Shown here piece by piece: positions 1-10,654 of a stretch of 64,000 nucleotides of DNA (within the stretch, counting starts at the first letter, position 1; every line of letters begins with the position of its first letter). The position numbers were made by a program, and so were the translations under genes. The DNA comes from Guillardia theta CCMP2712 (Eukaryota > Protista > Cryptophyta). The notes beneath the pieces are model-generated. The model made no database searches. It saw only the letters and a list, made by a program, of their open reading frames with translations, and was not told the origin of the DNA. The stretch covers positions 1 to 64,000 of the forward strand of contig NW_005434561.1 in the NCBI RefSeq assembly GCF_000315625.1, in the 5' to 3' direction.

Positions 1-1817
1 CCTCCTCCTCTCACCGGCATGGCCGCACATCGTCAGCTGTTCCTCGCTTCCTTTGCATTTCACGTCATCCAACCAGATTCTTCCCGATCCTCCGCCGATA
101 GCTCGCACAGCCTATGCGCTGCATCAGCCTCCCTCCTCCTCCCTCCTCCTCCTCCGCCTCCTTCACCTCTGCTCTATGTGCAGGGTAACCCAGGGAGGAG
201 CAGACCACCCTCGCGTTCGTGTTGTCGAAACCATCATCGCAGACACTTCCCCAGTGACTGAACGATCCGTCAACCACAACCTTCTCCCTTCTCCTCTTCC
301 TCTGCTTACTTCTCGTGCAGCACCTCCAGTCTGCATGCTCGGTGATTGCACTGCGCGAGTCGGATGATTCCATTGTCACCTGCTCAGCCATCATCCTCTG
401 CTCCCGCCATCCCTCAATCTTCTTCTTCCTCTGCACCTCCTCCTTCCTCCTTTCCAACCTCATCCCTCCCTTGCTGCAGACCTTTCCCCCCTTCCCCCCG
501 GCTCTCCTCTCCCTGCTCACCGTCGGGGCACAGGTTGGGGTTGAACGAGGACAGCGCTGGCTGTCGGATGCTGTGAAGGTACGCGCCTGGCTCAGCCCCC
601 TGTCGACCCAGCTCTGCACGACCTTCAGGTTTCCTCCTCCTCCTCCTCCTCCTCCTCCTCCTCACCTCCTTTCTCTCCCGGGGGTCCGGCCGGGCCCTGA
701 GGTCCTCGAGGTCCATCCTCACCAGCTGGTCCAGCAGGACCGACGGCACCAGTGGGGCCACGCTCTCCTCTCACGCCTGCTGGGGGTCAGCAGGACAAGA
801 GCTGGGCTCGCTCCCTTCACCTTGCGCTCCCGGCGCCCCGACAGCTCCCAACATCCCGTTCCTTCCCGGAGCTCCAGGGGCCCCGGGGAGACCGGCTTGA
901 CCGGGCTCGCCTCGCTTCCCTTGGGGCCCCTGGGTCGCCCTCTGTTGGATCAGCTTGGTGAGCTTCGAGTCGATGCTGCTCGCTTCTTCCTCCACCGAGT
1001 TGGCGTTGGACGAGATGAACTCGCGCAACTTGTTCACTTTGTCCTGCATGACCTGGTCTGCTCCCTCCTGCTTCGTCAGCGCGTGCTTCAGCTTGTCCGC
1101 CATCTCCTTGGTTGCCTGTGCGTCGTCCCAGATCTCCTCAGGGACGGTGGGAGGCTGAGCAGGAGGTTCGACGTGGCTCTGGGTGAAGCGGATGGCTACC
1201 GCAGGGTTCACTTGCGTTATGCTGCTCGCTCCTGCCGTCTCTGGGATGTCGACGCTGCCCGACACGCGGATAGGTAGCTGTTGCATCCTCCCACGAACTC
1301 CCTGGAAGCTGCGGGGAGAAGAGAAGGGCTGAGGAGAGGAGCTGACAGCTGAGAGAGCCTGTATGCCCCGCTGCGCTTCCCTCCTCCCCCGCTCTTGACC
1401 TTGCCATGCCTGCTGGCTGTGGGCCCGGTGGAGCACAGGGCAGTGCGGACAGACCTTGACGACCTCCTGGTCTTGCTGGAGGACATCGGGCGATAATGGA
1501 CCGACGACTCCGAACTACACCGACTTAGAGGAGGGAAAGAGGCAGTGCGGGCGGGGGAGTGAAAGAGAAACAAAGAGGAGAGCCAAGAAGAGACGATGAA
1601 GGATCAATAAAGAGCGAAGGGAAAAGTCTGGGACGGCAGGAGGAATGACAAACTGTGAGGGACAAGGAGGGCTGCAGAGGAGGAAGAGCAGGCGCTACCT
1701 CAGAGAAGTCGAACGTGGCAAGTACAACGAGCACCTGGACATTGAATAGTGAAAAGGTTGCAAGGTCACCAACACCACAGTCCTCCAACACACTGAAACA
1801 CCGTAGGCCTGATGCAT
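1..1817 (-). CDS. Collagen-domain + SRCR-domain protein (class A scavenger-receptor-like architecture); multi-exon, 3' end beyond window
   Basis: Manual splicing: MHQAYGVSVCWRTVVL|VLVVLATFDFSE (hydrophobic N-terminus, ATG 1817); coiled coil (ORF 771-1436, KEMADKLKHALTKQ...KLTKLIQQ); 27 consecutive Gly-X-Y over three exons (GPQGKRGEP...GPPGEKGELGRQGAE); SRCR motifs IRLAQCNHRACRLEVLHE|HWGSVCDDGFDNTNARVVCSSLGY|IGGGSGRIWLDDVKCKGSEEQLTMC. Confidence 0.88.
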
Positions 1818-2243
1818 CTAAACCAGATCCTCAAGAAACCCCTTGAATAAACATCTCTATCCCTAATTGTGTTGACTACATTCAGCAACAACGTGGTCTC
1901 CCCAACACAGAAATGATACGTCATCTTCGTCATATCAAACAAGAGCTTGACTATTCTGCTCTTCTTTCATTCGTCATGCTCATCTCTTCGTCGCTCCTCT
2001 CACTTCTCTCACTCCTCTCGCTCCTCTTACCAGCATCATCATCGCCATCCCAATCCCGTGCGCCAGCCATCGTCCCTCCGCCATGTCCCTTCGCAAACCC
2101 ACCGTTTCGAACCGTTACATTTACCCTCATCCCCACGCAAACACCCGCTTGCTGGCCCGCATCCCCCGTCAATCCCATTTGAAGTTGAGTAAACCAAAAG
2201 CTTCGGCGCTGGCAATGCCCTCGCACATAGTTGAATCCTCTGC

Positions 2244-2400
2244 TGCCCTCCTGCTCTCCTGCTCTCGTGCTCTCCTGCCCTCCTGCTCTCCTGCTCTCCT
2301 GCTCTCCTGCTCTGCTGCTCTCCTGCTCCCCTTCTCACCTCCTCACCTCCTCTTTCTGCTCTCCTGCTCTCCTGCTCTCTTGCACTCCTGCTCTTCTTCG
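2244..2400. repeat. Degenerate (CTCCTGCT)n simple repeat
   Basis: Repeated ctcctgct units seen directly. Confidence 0.8.
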
Positions 2401-2766
2401 CCTTCATCCTCCTCCTCGTCGTTCTGCTCCCACCTCTTCTCTTCTCTTCTCCTCCTTTCGTCGCCACCCACGTCCTGTTTTCATTATCTCCTCTCATAGC
2501 CCTCACCAACCCTCTTCTCCTCTGCTTGATCGTTTGATCTAACTAGTATGAGAATTAGAATAGGGCTGAAATGAGCATCGAACATGGTCCAGAGCAGTTA
2601 CTGCAGCATGGTTTCATTGAGGATTGAGTTGACAAAGAGACTGAGGAGAGGCGTCGGAGAAGAGGAAGAGATAAGAGAAGAGCAGATGGTGACCGCAAGG
2701 TTTCGCAGGGCTCAGGCTGGTCCATCTGGTCTGCTGGTGCTCATCAAAAGCTGGTGCTCGTCTAGC

Positions 2767-3945
2767 ATGTTGAAGTGCAAGAGGCTCTGGCAGGCGAAGC
2801 GACTCGCGGGCTCGGCATGGAGTCGCAGCCTGCATGCCGCCAAGGCTGAAGCAGGAGACCTGTGGGTGTGGGGGCTCAACGACGATGCCGCTGAGTGTGC
2901 TCCTGCGCACGTGCAGGTCGGCAAGGTGAAGTCAGTGAGCTGCGGGCTCTTCCACTGGGCGGCGATCAGCGAGGAAGGAAAGCTCTTCACGTGCGGACGA
3001 GCTGATGCTGGACGACTGGGAAGGAGCTTAGAGGACGTCAAGATGACGCCAGCGTTCCGCAGCTACGCACAAGAAGCAGGAGAGGTTGATCTGCATGGGT
3101 TCGCTGCTGCTGTTGTCGCTGCCGGTGGCCTGCACTCGCTGGTGGTGCTGCAAGGAGGAGAGCTGCTGGCGTTCGGGTTCGGGGCGTGGGGTCAACTCGG
3201 GCTGGGGCACATCAGGGGGATGGAGAACTTGGACAACGCGATGACGCCCAAGTGGGTGAAGGGAGTGAAGGAGGTTCGTGAGGCGTCGGCTGGAGGAGCT
3301 CACTCGGCTGCCATCGATGGCGATGGGCGCCTGTACACGTGGGGCAGGAACGAAACTGGGAGGCTCGGCTACGTCAGCGACGCATTCATCCAGAACGTGC
3401 CGAAGGAGGTGGAGGTGGAGGGAGGCGAGAGGTTCAAACTGGTGACAGCATCCGCGTACCAGACCTTCGCTGTGTCCTCCAAGGACGAGCTGTGGAGTTG
3501 GGGCAGCGGATCCAACGGAGAGCTCGGTCTCGGGGAGAAGAAGACTGTCTTTACTCCCAACCGTGTCGTCGCGCTGGCAGGAGAGAGAGTCACGGCAGTC
3601 GCTGCTGGCGCCTTCCATGCTGCCGCTGCCACTGCCAACGGCGACATCCTCGTGTGGGGTGCAGGAGCTGACGGGCAGCTGGGCCTTGGGGAGGGCGTGA
3701 CCTCCGCGCTGGAACCGACGCGAGTCAGCGGGCTGCCGAGGATGCGGACGGTGGCGTGCGGGAGCATGCACACGGTCGCGGTGTCGGAGGACGGAGAGGT
3801 CTTCTGCTGGGGAGCTCAGAGAGGGGGACAGTCGGAGAAGGGAGACACTGAAGTCTACAGGGAGCCGCACGCGATGACGGCACTGCCGGGGCGGGTGAGG
3901 ACGGTCAGCGCGGGAGGAACCCGATCAGCGGCGATATTGGAGTGA
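2767..3945 (+). CDS. RCC1-repeat (beta-propeller) protein, intronless, possibly mitochondrial
   Basis: ORF 2584-3945 has repeated RCC1 motifs (AAGGLHSL..GELLAFGFGAWGQLGLG; AGGAHSAAIDGDGRLYTWGRNETGRLG; AAGAFHAAAATANGDILVWGAGADGQLGLG; ACGSMHTVAVSEDGEVFCWG). The likely start MLKCKRLWQAKRLAGSAWSRSLH at 2767 is basic and presequence-like. Confidence 0.9.
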   Translation: MLKCKRLWQAKRLAGSAWSRSLHAAKAEAGDLWVWGLNDDAAECAPAHVQVGKVKSVSCGLFHWAAISEEGKLFTCGRADAGRLGRSLEDVKMTPAFRSYAQEAGEVDLHGFAAAVVAAGGLHSLVVLQGGELLAFGFGAWGQLGLGHIRGMENLDNAMTPKWVKGVKEVREASAGGAHSAAIDGDGRLYTWGRNETGRLGYVSDAFIQNVPKEVEVEGGERFKLVTASAYQTFAVSSKDELWSWGSGSNGELGLGEKKTVFTPNRVVALAGERVTAVAAGAFHAAAATANGDILVWGAGADGQLGLGEGVTSALEPTRVSGLPRMRTVACGSMHTVAVSEDGEVFCWGAQRGGQSEKGDTEVYREPHAMTALPGRVRTVSAGGTRSAAILE

Positions 3946-4069
3946 GACAGGGAGGAAGAGCGAGAAGAAAGTGACGGGGATGGGTATGGGGGGGGGGATG
4001 AGGATGAGGATGAGAAGGAGAAGCAGAAGGAGGTGATGGTGGTAGAGAGTTCAGTCTCATAATTTTGTG

Positions 4070-7000
4070 TCAGTCGACTCTTTCAATCTTTCGCAATGTC
4101 TGATCGTCTTGTCTCCCCTGGCTGACGGCCTCGTGCTCCGCTGCTTTCCTATCAGTCCCATCCTGCTCCCCCCACCTCGCTCTCCTCCCCCCCCCCGCCT
4201 CCCCTCCCGCTCCTCCCCACTCTCACCGCTCTCTAACGCCTCCTTGTGCAGCTCCAGATCCTCCGAGGGGGCGTTGGGGTGCAACCGCAGCCACTCGAGC
4301 GTCTGCTGGGGGTCAGCTGGGGTCAGAGTTCGCGCCTCTCACCCGCTCGATCTGGTCCAGCAGGCGCTTCCTCGCTTCCCCCTGGCTCGACGACATGGAG
4401 GGGACGATGGAGGTCTTGAGCCAGTGCGCGAACCCCTCCACCTCCGTCCTCTCATCCACCAGCTTCGCCCTGGTCAGCTCGGCATGCAGCTCGGTGCGTG
4501 CTGACCTTGCGTCTTGCCTCGTCTTCCTCCTTGTGCGTCCGCGCGTCGAGGATGCTCCGCCGGACCTTCTGCTTGTCGTATCTCTCCTGCATGCTTATCA
4601 CACGCGCAGAGACAAGACGAGGAGGGGAGGAGAGGAAGGAGCTCGCCTTGTTGCTCGTGATGACCAGCTGCTGGTCCTTCTTGCCCGCCACTGCCCTGAC
4701 CTCGACGGTCCCGTCGGTCGCCATGCTGAAGAAGACGCTGACCTGCTGGCCCCGCGGGAGCAGGGGGATGCCATCAAGCAGCAGCCTCCCCAGCAGCTCG
4801 TTGTCGCGCGCAAAGAGACGCTCCCCCTCATAGACCTGCCGCGAGGAGATGAGGGAGGGAGGGAGGGAGGGAGGGAGGGAGGGAGGAGGTAAGGGAGGGA
4901 GGGAGGGAGGGAGGGAGGGAGGGTAGGAGGGACGGAGGAGGGAGAGGTTAGGGAGGGAGGGAGGGAGGGAGGGAGGGAGGGTTCTAGGACCTCTAGCAGG
5001 ATCGCCTCCTGGTAGTCGCTAACAGTATGTAACGTGAACTCCTTTCCTTCCACCGGCAGATCTTCTCCTCGATGAATCACTGCCGTCATCACCCCTACCC
5101 CACCCACTCACGTCAGGCCCTATGAACCCCTCCAGCCTCCTCTCCTCATGCTCTCACCTCCTGATGTCTCGATGCCCAGCGAGAGAGGAGCGACAGTCAG
5201 GCTAACCTCCACCTCCTTCATCACCCTCCTCCCGGAGATCACGTGCGCCTGTACCCACCCACCCACTCACTCACTCACTCCTCCTCCTCCTCTCTCCTCT
5301 TCTTTCTCCCCAACCACCACCAGCCCTCCTCCCCTTCTGCTTCTTCTCCTGCCTCCTCCCGCGACTCGCCTGGATGGCGGCGCCATGGGCGATGGCGTGA
5401 AGGGGGTCAACGTGCTTGAGGATCTCCTGGTCTTGGAAGTAGCTCTCGAGCAGAGCACGAAACTTGGGGATCTTGGAGCAGCCGCCGACCAGCACAACCT
5501 TGTTGACCTGCTGCTCCTTCACCTCCTCCATCTCTTCCCTTCCTCTCTTCTTTCTTCCTCCTGCTCCTGCCCCTGCCCCTGCCCCTGCCCCTGCTCCTGC
5601 TCCTGCTCCTCCTAATCTTCTCGTCCCCCGCCCTCCCTCGCACCTCCTCCTTGGTCATCTTGGCATTTCGCAGGATGCGGTCGAGGGGGTCGAGGGCGTT
5701 ACGGAAGAGGTCGGAGCAGAGAGACTCGAGTTGAGCGCGGGTGATGGAGAGGAAGAAGTCGACTCCCTCCGCCAGGTTGTCAACCTCTATCGTCGTCTGA
5801 TGCACCCCAGACAAGCTGATCTGTTTCCACCGTCACTCCTCCTCAACAATCTCCTTCCCGCCCCCTCCCTCGCTCTCCCCTCCCTCGCTCTCCCCTCCCT
5901 CGTCCTGGTCCTTGTTCTCGTCCTCCTCCTCACCTTCGCTTGCTCGCACTTGTAGCTTAACTTTCGTTGTGCTTCATCGAGTTTGCTGATGTCCTGCATG
6001 AGGCTCAGCTTCCAGCTGGTCGTCAGCTCGGGTCTACCTTCCCGTGCTTCCTCTTGAACTCTTCCGTGCAGAACTGCACCAGCCTGGCCACGTTCATCTT
6101 CTCAGCCCAGCTCACGTTCATTTTCTCAGCTCTTCCGAGGCACCTCACCTCTCGTCCAGCTGATCTCCGCCCAGGTTCATATCCCCAGCTGTCGCCTTGA
6201 TGTCAAAGATCCCATCCTCGACCGTCATGAGCGTCAGGTCGTAGGAGCTCGCCCCGAAGTCGCACACGAGCATCGCTCCTCTCCTCTCGCTCTCCAGCCC
6301 GTACGCCGTCGCTGCTGCCGTTGGCTCGTGGATGATTCGCAGCACGTTGAGGTCTGCCAAGATCGCCGCTCGCTCCACCGCCTGCACAAGCATCGGCTTA
6401 GACTCCCCATGCCCCCGCTGTTGCTGCTGCTCCTACTCCTCCACCACAACCTCGTTTCCATCTCCCTCCTCCATCACCTGTCGCTGCTCGCGATTGAAGT
6501 GCGGAGGGACCGCGACGACGGCGTGCGAGATGGTCTTGTTCAGCTGACGTTCAGCGTCTCGCTTGACTCGCTCCAGCAGGAGGCCCAGCAGCTGCTCGGG
6601 GAGCATCTCCACGGGCCCTCGCTCGCGCTCCATGACGTACCAGAGCTTGTTCTGCCGCAGGCTGGTGCTGCACAGGACTCGCTTCCTGTCCGACGTCAGG
6701 AACGGGTCGTCGGCTCGTCGCCCGAGGAAGCGCTTCATGTTGTACGCGACGCTCCCCAGGTTCGCGTGCGCCTCCTCCTTGGCGTGGCTGCCCACGACCA
6801 TGTCGCTGTGGCGCGCGAGGATCCAGGAGGGAGTGGAGGCGGACGAGAGCTCGTTGTAGATCATCTCGACCCGCCCCTCACTCCAGCTGCCAGCCTTGGT
6901 GTAGCCTCCTCCAATGTCAATGCCCAACACCTCGCCGCTGGTTTGCTGCTAGGACGTCAGGAGAGCAGAAGGTAGACGGGAAGAGGAGAGGAGGAGGAGA

Positions 7001-7195
7001 GGAGAAGGAAAGAGAAGGTGGAGGAGAGGGAGGAGAGACTTGGAGGAGGAAGGAAAGGGAAAGGAGACCTGGAGGAGGGAGGAGAGGATTTCAAGGGTGA
7101 AAGGAGACAGCAGGTCCTCCGCCACCTCCTTGACGATCTGCGAGGGCGTCTGACCCATGGCATCCTTGACAGCTGCAGCCTCCGGGAGGAGCTGA
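4070..7195 (-). CDS. Hsp70-family protein, divergent, multi-exon; 5' end lost in assembly gap
   Basis: Exons give [154 protein letters not shown]. Confidence 0.9.
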
Positions 7196-7224
7196 GAAGG
7201 TCAGGAGGATGAGGAGGAGGAGAG

Positions 7225-7781
7225 NNNNNNNNNNNNNNNNNNNNNNNNNNNNNNNNNNNNNNNNNNNNNNNNNNNNNNNNNNNNNNNNNNNNNNNNNNNN
7301 NNNNNNNNNNNNNNNNNNNNNNNNNNNNNNNNNNNNNNNNNNNNNNNNNNNNNNNNNNNNNNNNNNNNNNNNNNNNNNNNNNNNNNNNNNNNNNNNNNNN
7401 NNNNNNNNNNNNNNNNNNNNNNNNNNNNNNNNNNNNNNNNNNNNNNNNNNNNNNNNNNNNNNNNNNNNNNNNNNNNNNNNNNNNNNNNNNNNNNNNNNNN
7501 NNNNNNNNNNNNNNNNNNNNNNNNNNNNNNNNNNNNNNNNNNNNNNNNNNNNNNNNNNNNNNNNNNNNNNNNNNNNNNNNNNNNNNNNNNNNNNNNNNNN
7601 NNNNNNNNNNNNNNNNNNNNNNNNNNNNNNNNNNNNNNNNNNNNNNNNNNNNNNNNNNNNNNNNNNNNNNNNNNNNNNNNNNNNNNNNNNNNNNNNNNNN
7701 NNNNNNNNNNNNNNNNNNNNNNNNNNNNNNNNNNNNNNNNNNNNNNNNNNNNNNNNNNNNNNNNNNNNNNNNNNNNNNNNN
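7225..7781. other. Assembly gap (other gaps: 10183-10282, 18978-19564, 21406-21505, 23381-23480, 25625-25925, 27435-27534)
   Basis: Runs of N; each has simple repeats at or near at least one edge. Confidence 1.
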
Positions 7782-7813
7782 GCCTTTGTTAGTGTGTTGA
7801 CCCAAAGACACCC

Positions 7814-7831
7814 GGAGCAGGAGCAGGAGCT

Positions 7832-7869
<38 letters not shown>

Positions 7870-7992
7870 GGCAGGAGCAGGAGCAGGAGCAGGGGCAGGA
7901 GCATGGGCATGGGCATGAGCAGGGGCAGGGGCAGGGGCAGGGGCAGGAGCAGGAGCAGGAGCAGGGGCAGGGGCAGGAGCAGGAGCAGGAGC
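7814..7992. repeat. (GCAGGA/GCAGGG)n hexamer microsatellite
   Basis: Seen directly. Confidence 0.95.
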
Positions 7993-8118
7993 GGGGTAGG
8001 GGAGGGGAGGGGAGGGGAGGACGAGTCTGGTAGCTTCACCATGGTTTCGCATTTCCTTTCTTGCCGGCCCTACCTGGAGATTTTAGAGGCGGAGAATATG
8101 GGAGGAGGCTATGAGGGA

Positions 8119-8245
8119 GGAGAGGAGAGGAGAGGAGAGGAGAGGAGAGGAGAGGAGAGGAGAGGAGAGGAGAGGAGAGGAGAGGAGAGGAGAGGAGAGG
8201 AGAGGAGAGGAGAGGAGAGGAGAGGAGAGGAGAGGAGAGGAGAGG
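8119..8245. repeat. (GAGAG)n pentamer microsatellite
   Basis: Perfect array; the same unit occurs at 23487-23570 and 27950-28108. Confidence 0.95.
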
Positions 8246-8288
8246 AGGATGGGGGTGTACTAACAGGATGGAGTGACGGAAGAGGATC

Positions 8289-10159
8289 TTGATCGCGATG
8301 AAGTTGACGGAGGAGGTTCTAAGAGCCTGGCAAATGAGCGAGGAGGGTCAAGGCGACAAGACTTGGGAGCATGACGAGGGTGGGAGGAGGGAGAGGACGG
8401 CGAGAGGAACGTCCTCAGAGAACTTGTACGAGGTCAGGGAGGCGGAGCTGGTTGAGATGGTCAGGAGGCTGACAGGGCGGAACGAGGAGCTGGTGCAGCT
8501 GCTGCTGTCGGAGAAGGCGATCAACGACCGCCTGCAGCAGAAGCTGCTTGCTGCCGACGCCTTGAGACAGCAGGTGAGGGAGCAGCAGCTGCGGCTGCTA
8601 GGCGAGGGGAAGCTGCTCAAGCACGAGCTGCTCATGGCCCGCAGGATCGCGTCCTCGCTGTCGGGGGCGATGGAGGAGAGGGAGGGGCATCAGCAGGCGC
8701 GCGAGGACGCGCTGCTGGCATGGAACCACCTCCTCGAGGAGCAGGCGAGCGAGAGCAGCAGCCTGCTCGAGCAGACGCTGCGGAGGGTGAGGGAGCTGGA
8801 GGCAAAGGTTGCGGCTCTGGAGGGGATGAGGGAGGAGGAGGAAGCGGGGAGAGAGGAGGAGAAGGCGCGGCTGCTCTCCCTCGAGCGGCAGACGGCAGAG
8901 CAGGAGCGAACTATCAACACGCTTAACAAGCACAAGCAGCAGTCCGAGCGCTTCCTCCGTAGCCACTTGGAGCGACTGGTCGAGCGCCTGCAGCATGGGG
9001 AGCAGGAGAAGGTCGGGGCGGAGGAGGTCAGAGTCAGCCCTCCAAGTCCGCCGGTTCGCCTCCTCGCTCGGGGAGCTGGAGCAGGAGGAGAGACGTCTAC
9101 ACGCCCAAGACGTACGAGGAGATGCGACGGCAGAAGGAGGAGGCCGAGCGACACGCGCGACTCGGAGCATGGCAGATGAAGCAGCTGCTCCACGAGCACG
9201 CGACCGTGACTAGCAAGCTGACCGTGGCTGAAGCTGAACGAGATGAAGTGAGGAGGAGGAGAGAAGGAGGGCAACATAGAGAGGAGGAGGAGAGGATCCG
9301 AGCTGACAGTGTCTGCAGTTGCTAGAGGAGGTCCGGAGGTGGGAGGAGAAGTACGAGCAGGTGGGGCAGGGCAACCCCACGGAGCTCTTGCAGTGGCGAT
9401 GGAAGGCGAGGACGTGGGAGAAGGAAGCGAGGAAGCAGGAGGAGGAGCGGAAGCAGACCCTCGCCCTGTGCGACTGGATGCGCGACCAGCTGAAACAAGT
9501 GGCGGAGGAGGTGAGGAGACGCACACGAGGAGGAGAGAGGGAGATAGGAGGGTAAGCTCGTGTCAGAGGGAACGAAGGTGTGAGTAGAGGAGGAGGAGGA
9601 GGAGGAGAAGGAGGAGGAGGAGGAGAAGGAGAGTGATGGCCTTCTCTTCAGTGCGATCGGCAGCAGCTGGAGGAGAATCGGAGGAGGAGCAAGGTAGCGA
9701 AGGAGGTGAGGGAGCTGGAGCTAGAGGAGCGCGACCTTCATCAGTCTCTCCTCCTCTTCGACCAGCACGCCGCCACCCTACAACAACAGCTCCTGCAGCA
9801 GGGAGAGGTGAGAGGAGGTGGGGGCAGGGGGGGGGGAGGAGGTGGTGTTGGTGGTGTTGGTGGTGGGGGCAGGAGGAGGAGGAGGAGGTGGTGGTGGTGG
9901 GGGGGGCCGGAGGAGGAGGAGGACTTGGTGGTGGTGGGGGCAGGAGGAGGACGAAGAAAAGGTGGTGCTGGCTTTTTCTCGGGGACCACATTCCCTGGTG
10001 TCGTGCCGCTCCACCCCCTCCTCCTCGCTTCCTCTGGCCTCCGCATGCAGCTCCCTCAAATTCCAACATGACCCCCATCCCCACCTCACGTTCCTCTCTC
10101 CCTCTCCGCTCTCTCCCTTTCGGATTGCTGCCTTTTCCGCCGCCTTTGTAAACAGCTAA
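8289..10159 (+). CDS. Hypothetical coiled-coil protein, multi-exon
   Basis: ORF 8289-9179 is rich in heptad-like L/E/R; later exons read AERHARLGAWQMKQLLHEHATVTSKLTVAEAERDE, LEEVRRWEEKYEQ...LKQVAEE and VRELELEERDLHQSLLLFDQHAATLQQQLLQQ. Ends uncertain. Confidence 0.6.
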
Positions 10160-10654
10160 TCGCGCTCAGCGACTCCACGTGCNNNNNNNNNNNNNNNNNN
10201 NNNNNNNNNNNNNNNNNNNNNNNNNNNNNNNNNNNNNNNNNNNNNNNNNNNNNNNNNNNNNNNNNNNNNNNNNNNNNNNNNNGGAGGAGGTGGTGGTGGT
10301 GGTGGTGGTGGTGGCAGAAGAGGTGGTGTTGGTGGTGGTGGGGGCAGGAGAGGAGGAGGAGGAGGTGGTAGTGGTGGTGGGGGCTGGAAGAGGTACTGAG
10401 ATCTCGTGCAGGAGATGCGACGCAGACTGCATGGGCACTGGGTGGCTGTGCGATCAGTGGGGGGAGAGAAGGAAAGAGGAAGCAGCGACTCGTGCTCGCA
10501 TGCCCAACTGAGCGACAGAATCCGCGAGTTCGAAGTCGCCATGAACCGACGCAGACGAGAGATGCTCGGCTACTAAGAGAGGGAGGAGGAGGAGGAGGAG
10601 GAGGAGGAGGAGGAGGAGGAGGAGGAGGAGGAGGAGGATTTTGGTTCTTTCTCT

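Noticed and set aside
315-1277. 320-aa + strand ORF
   Set aside because: Antisense shadow of the collagen/coiled-coil exons; no domain signal.
2584-3945. UVR8 UV-B photoreceptor
   Set aside because: RCC1 repeats are present, but the diagnostic GWRHT tryptophan motifs are absent.
6957-8292. Long ORFs with poly-L, PA, EQ or X runs (also 18755-19813, 21225-22154, 25384-26502, 26558-27356, 28509-28988, 29755-30312, 53201-54042, 54986-55421)
   Set aside because: They are translations of microsatellites and N-gaps that lack stop codons; only short embedded exons are credible.
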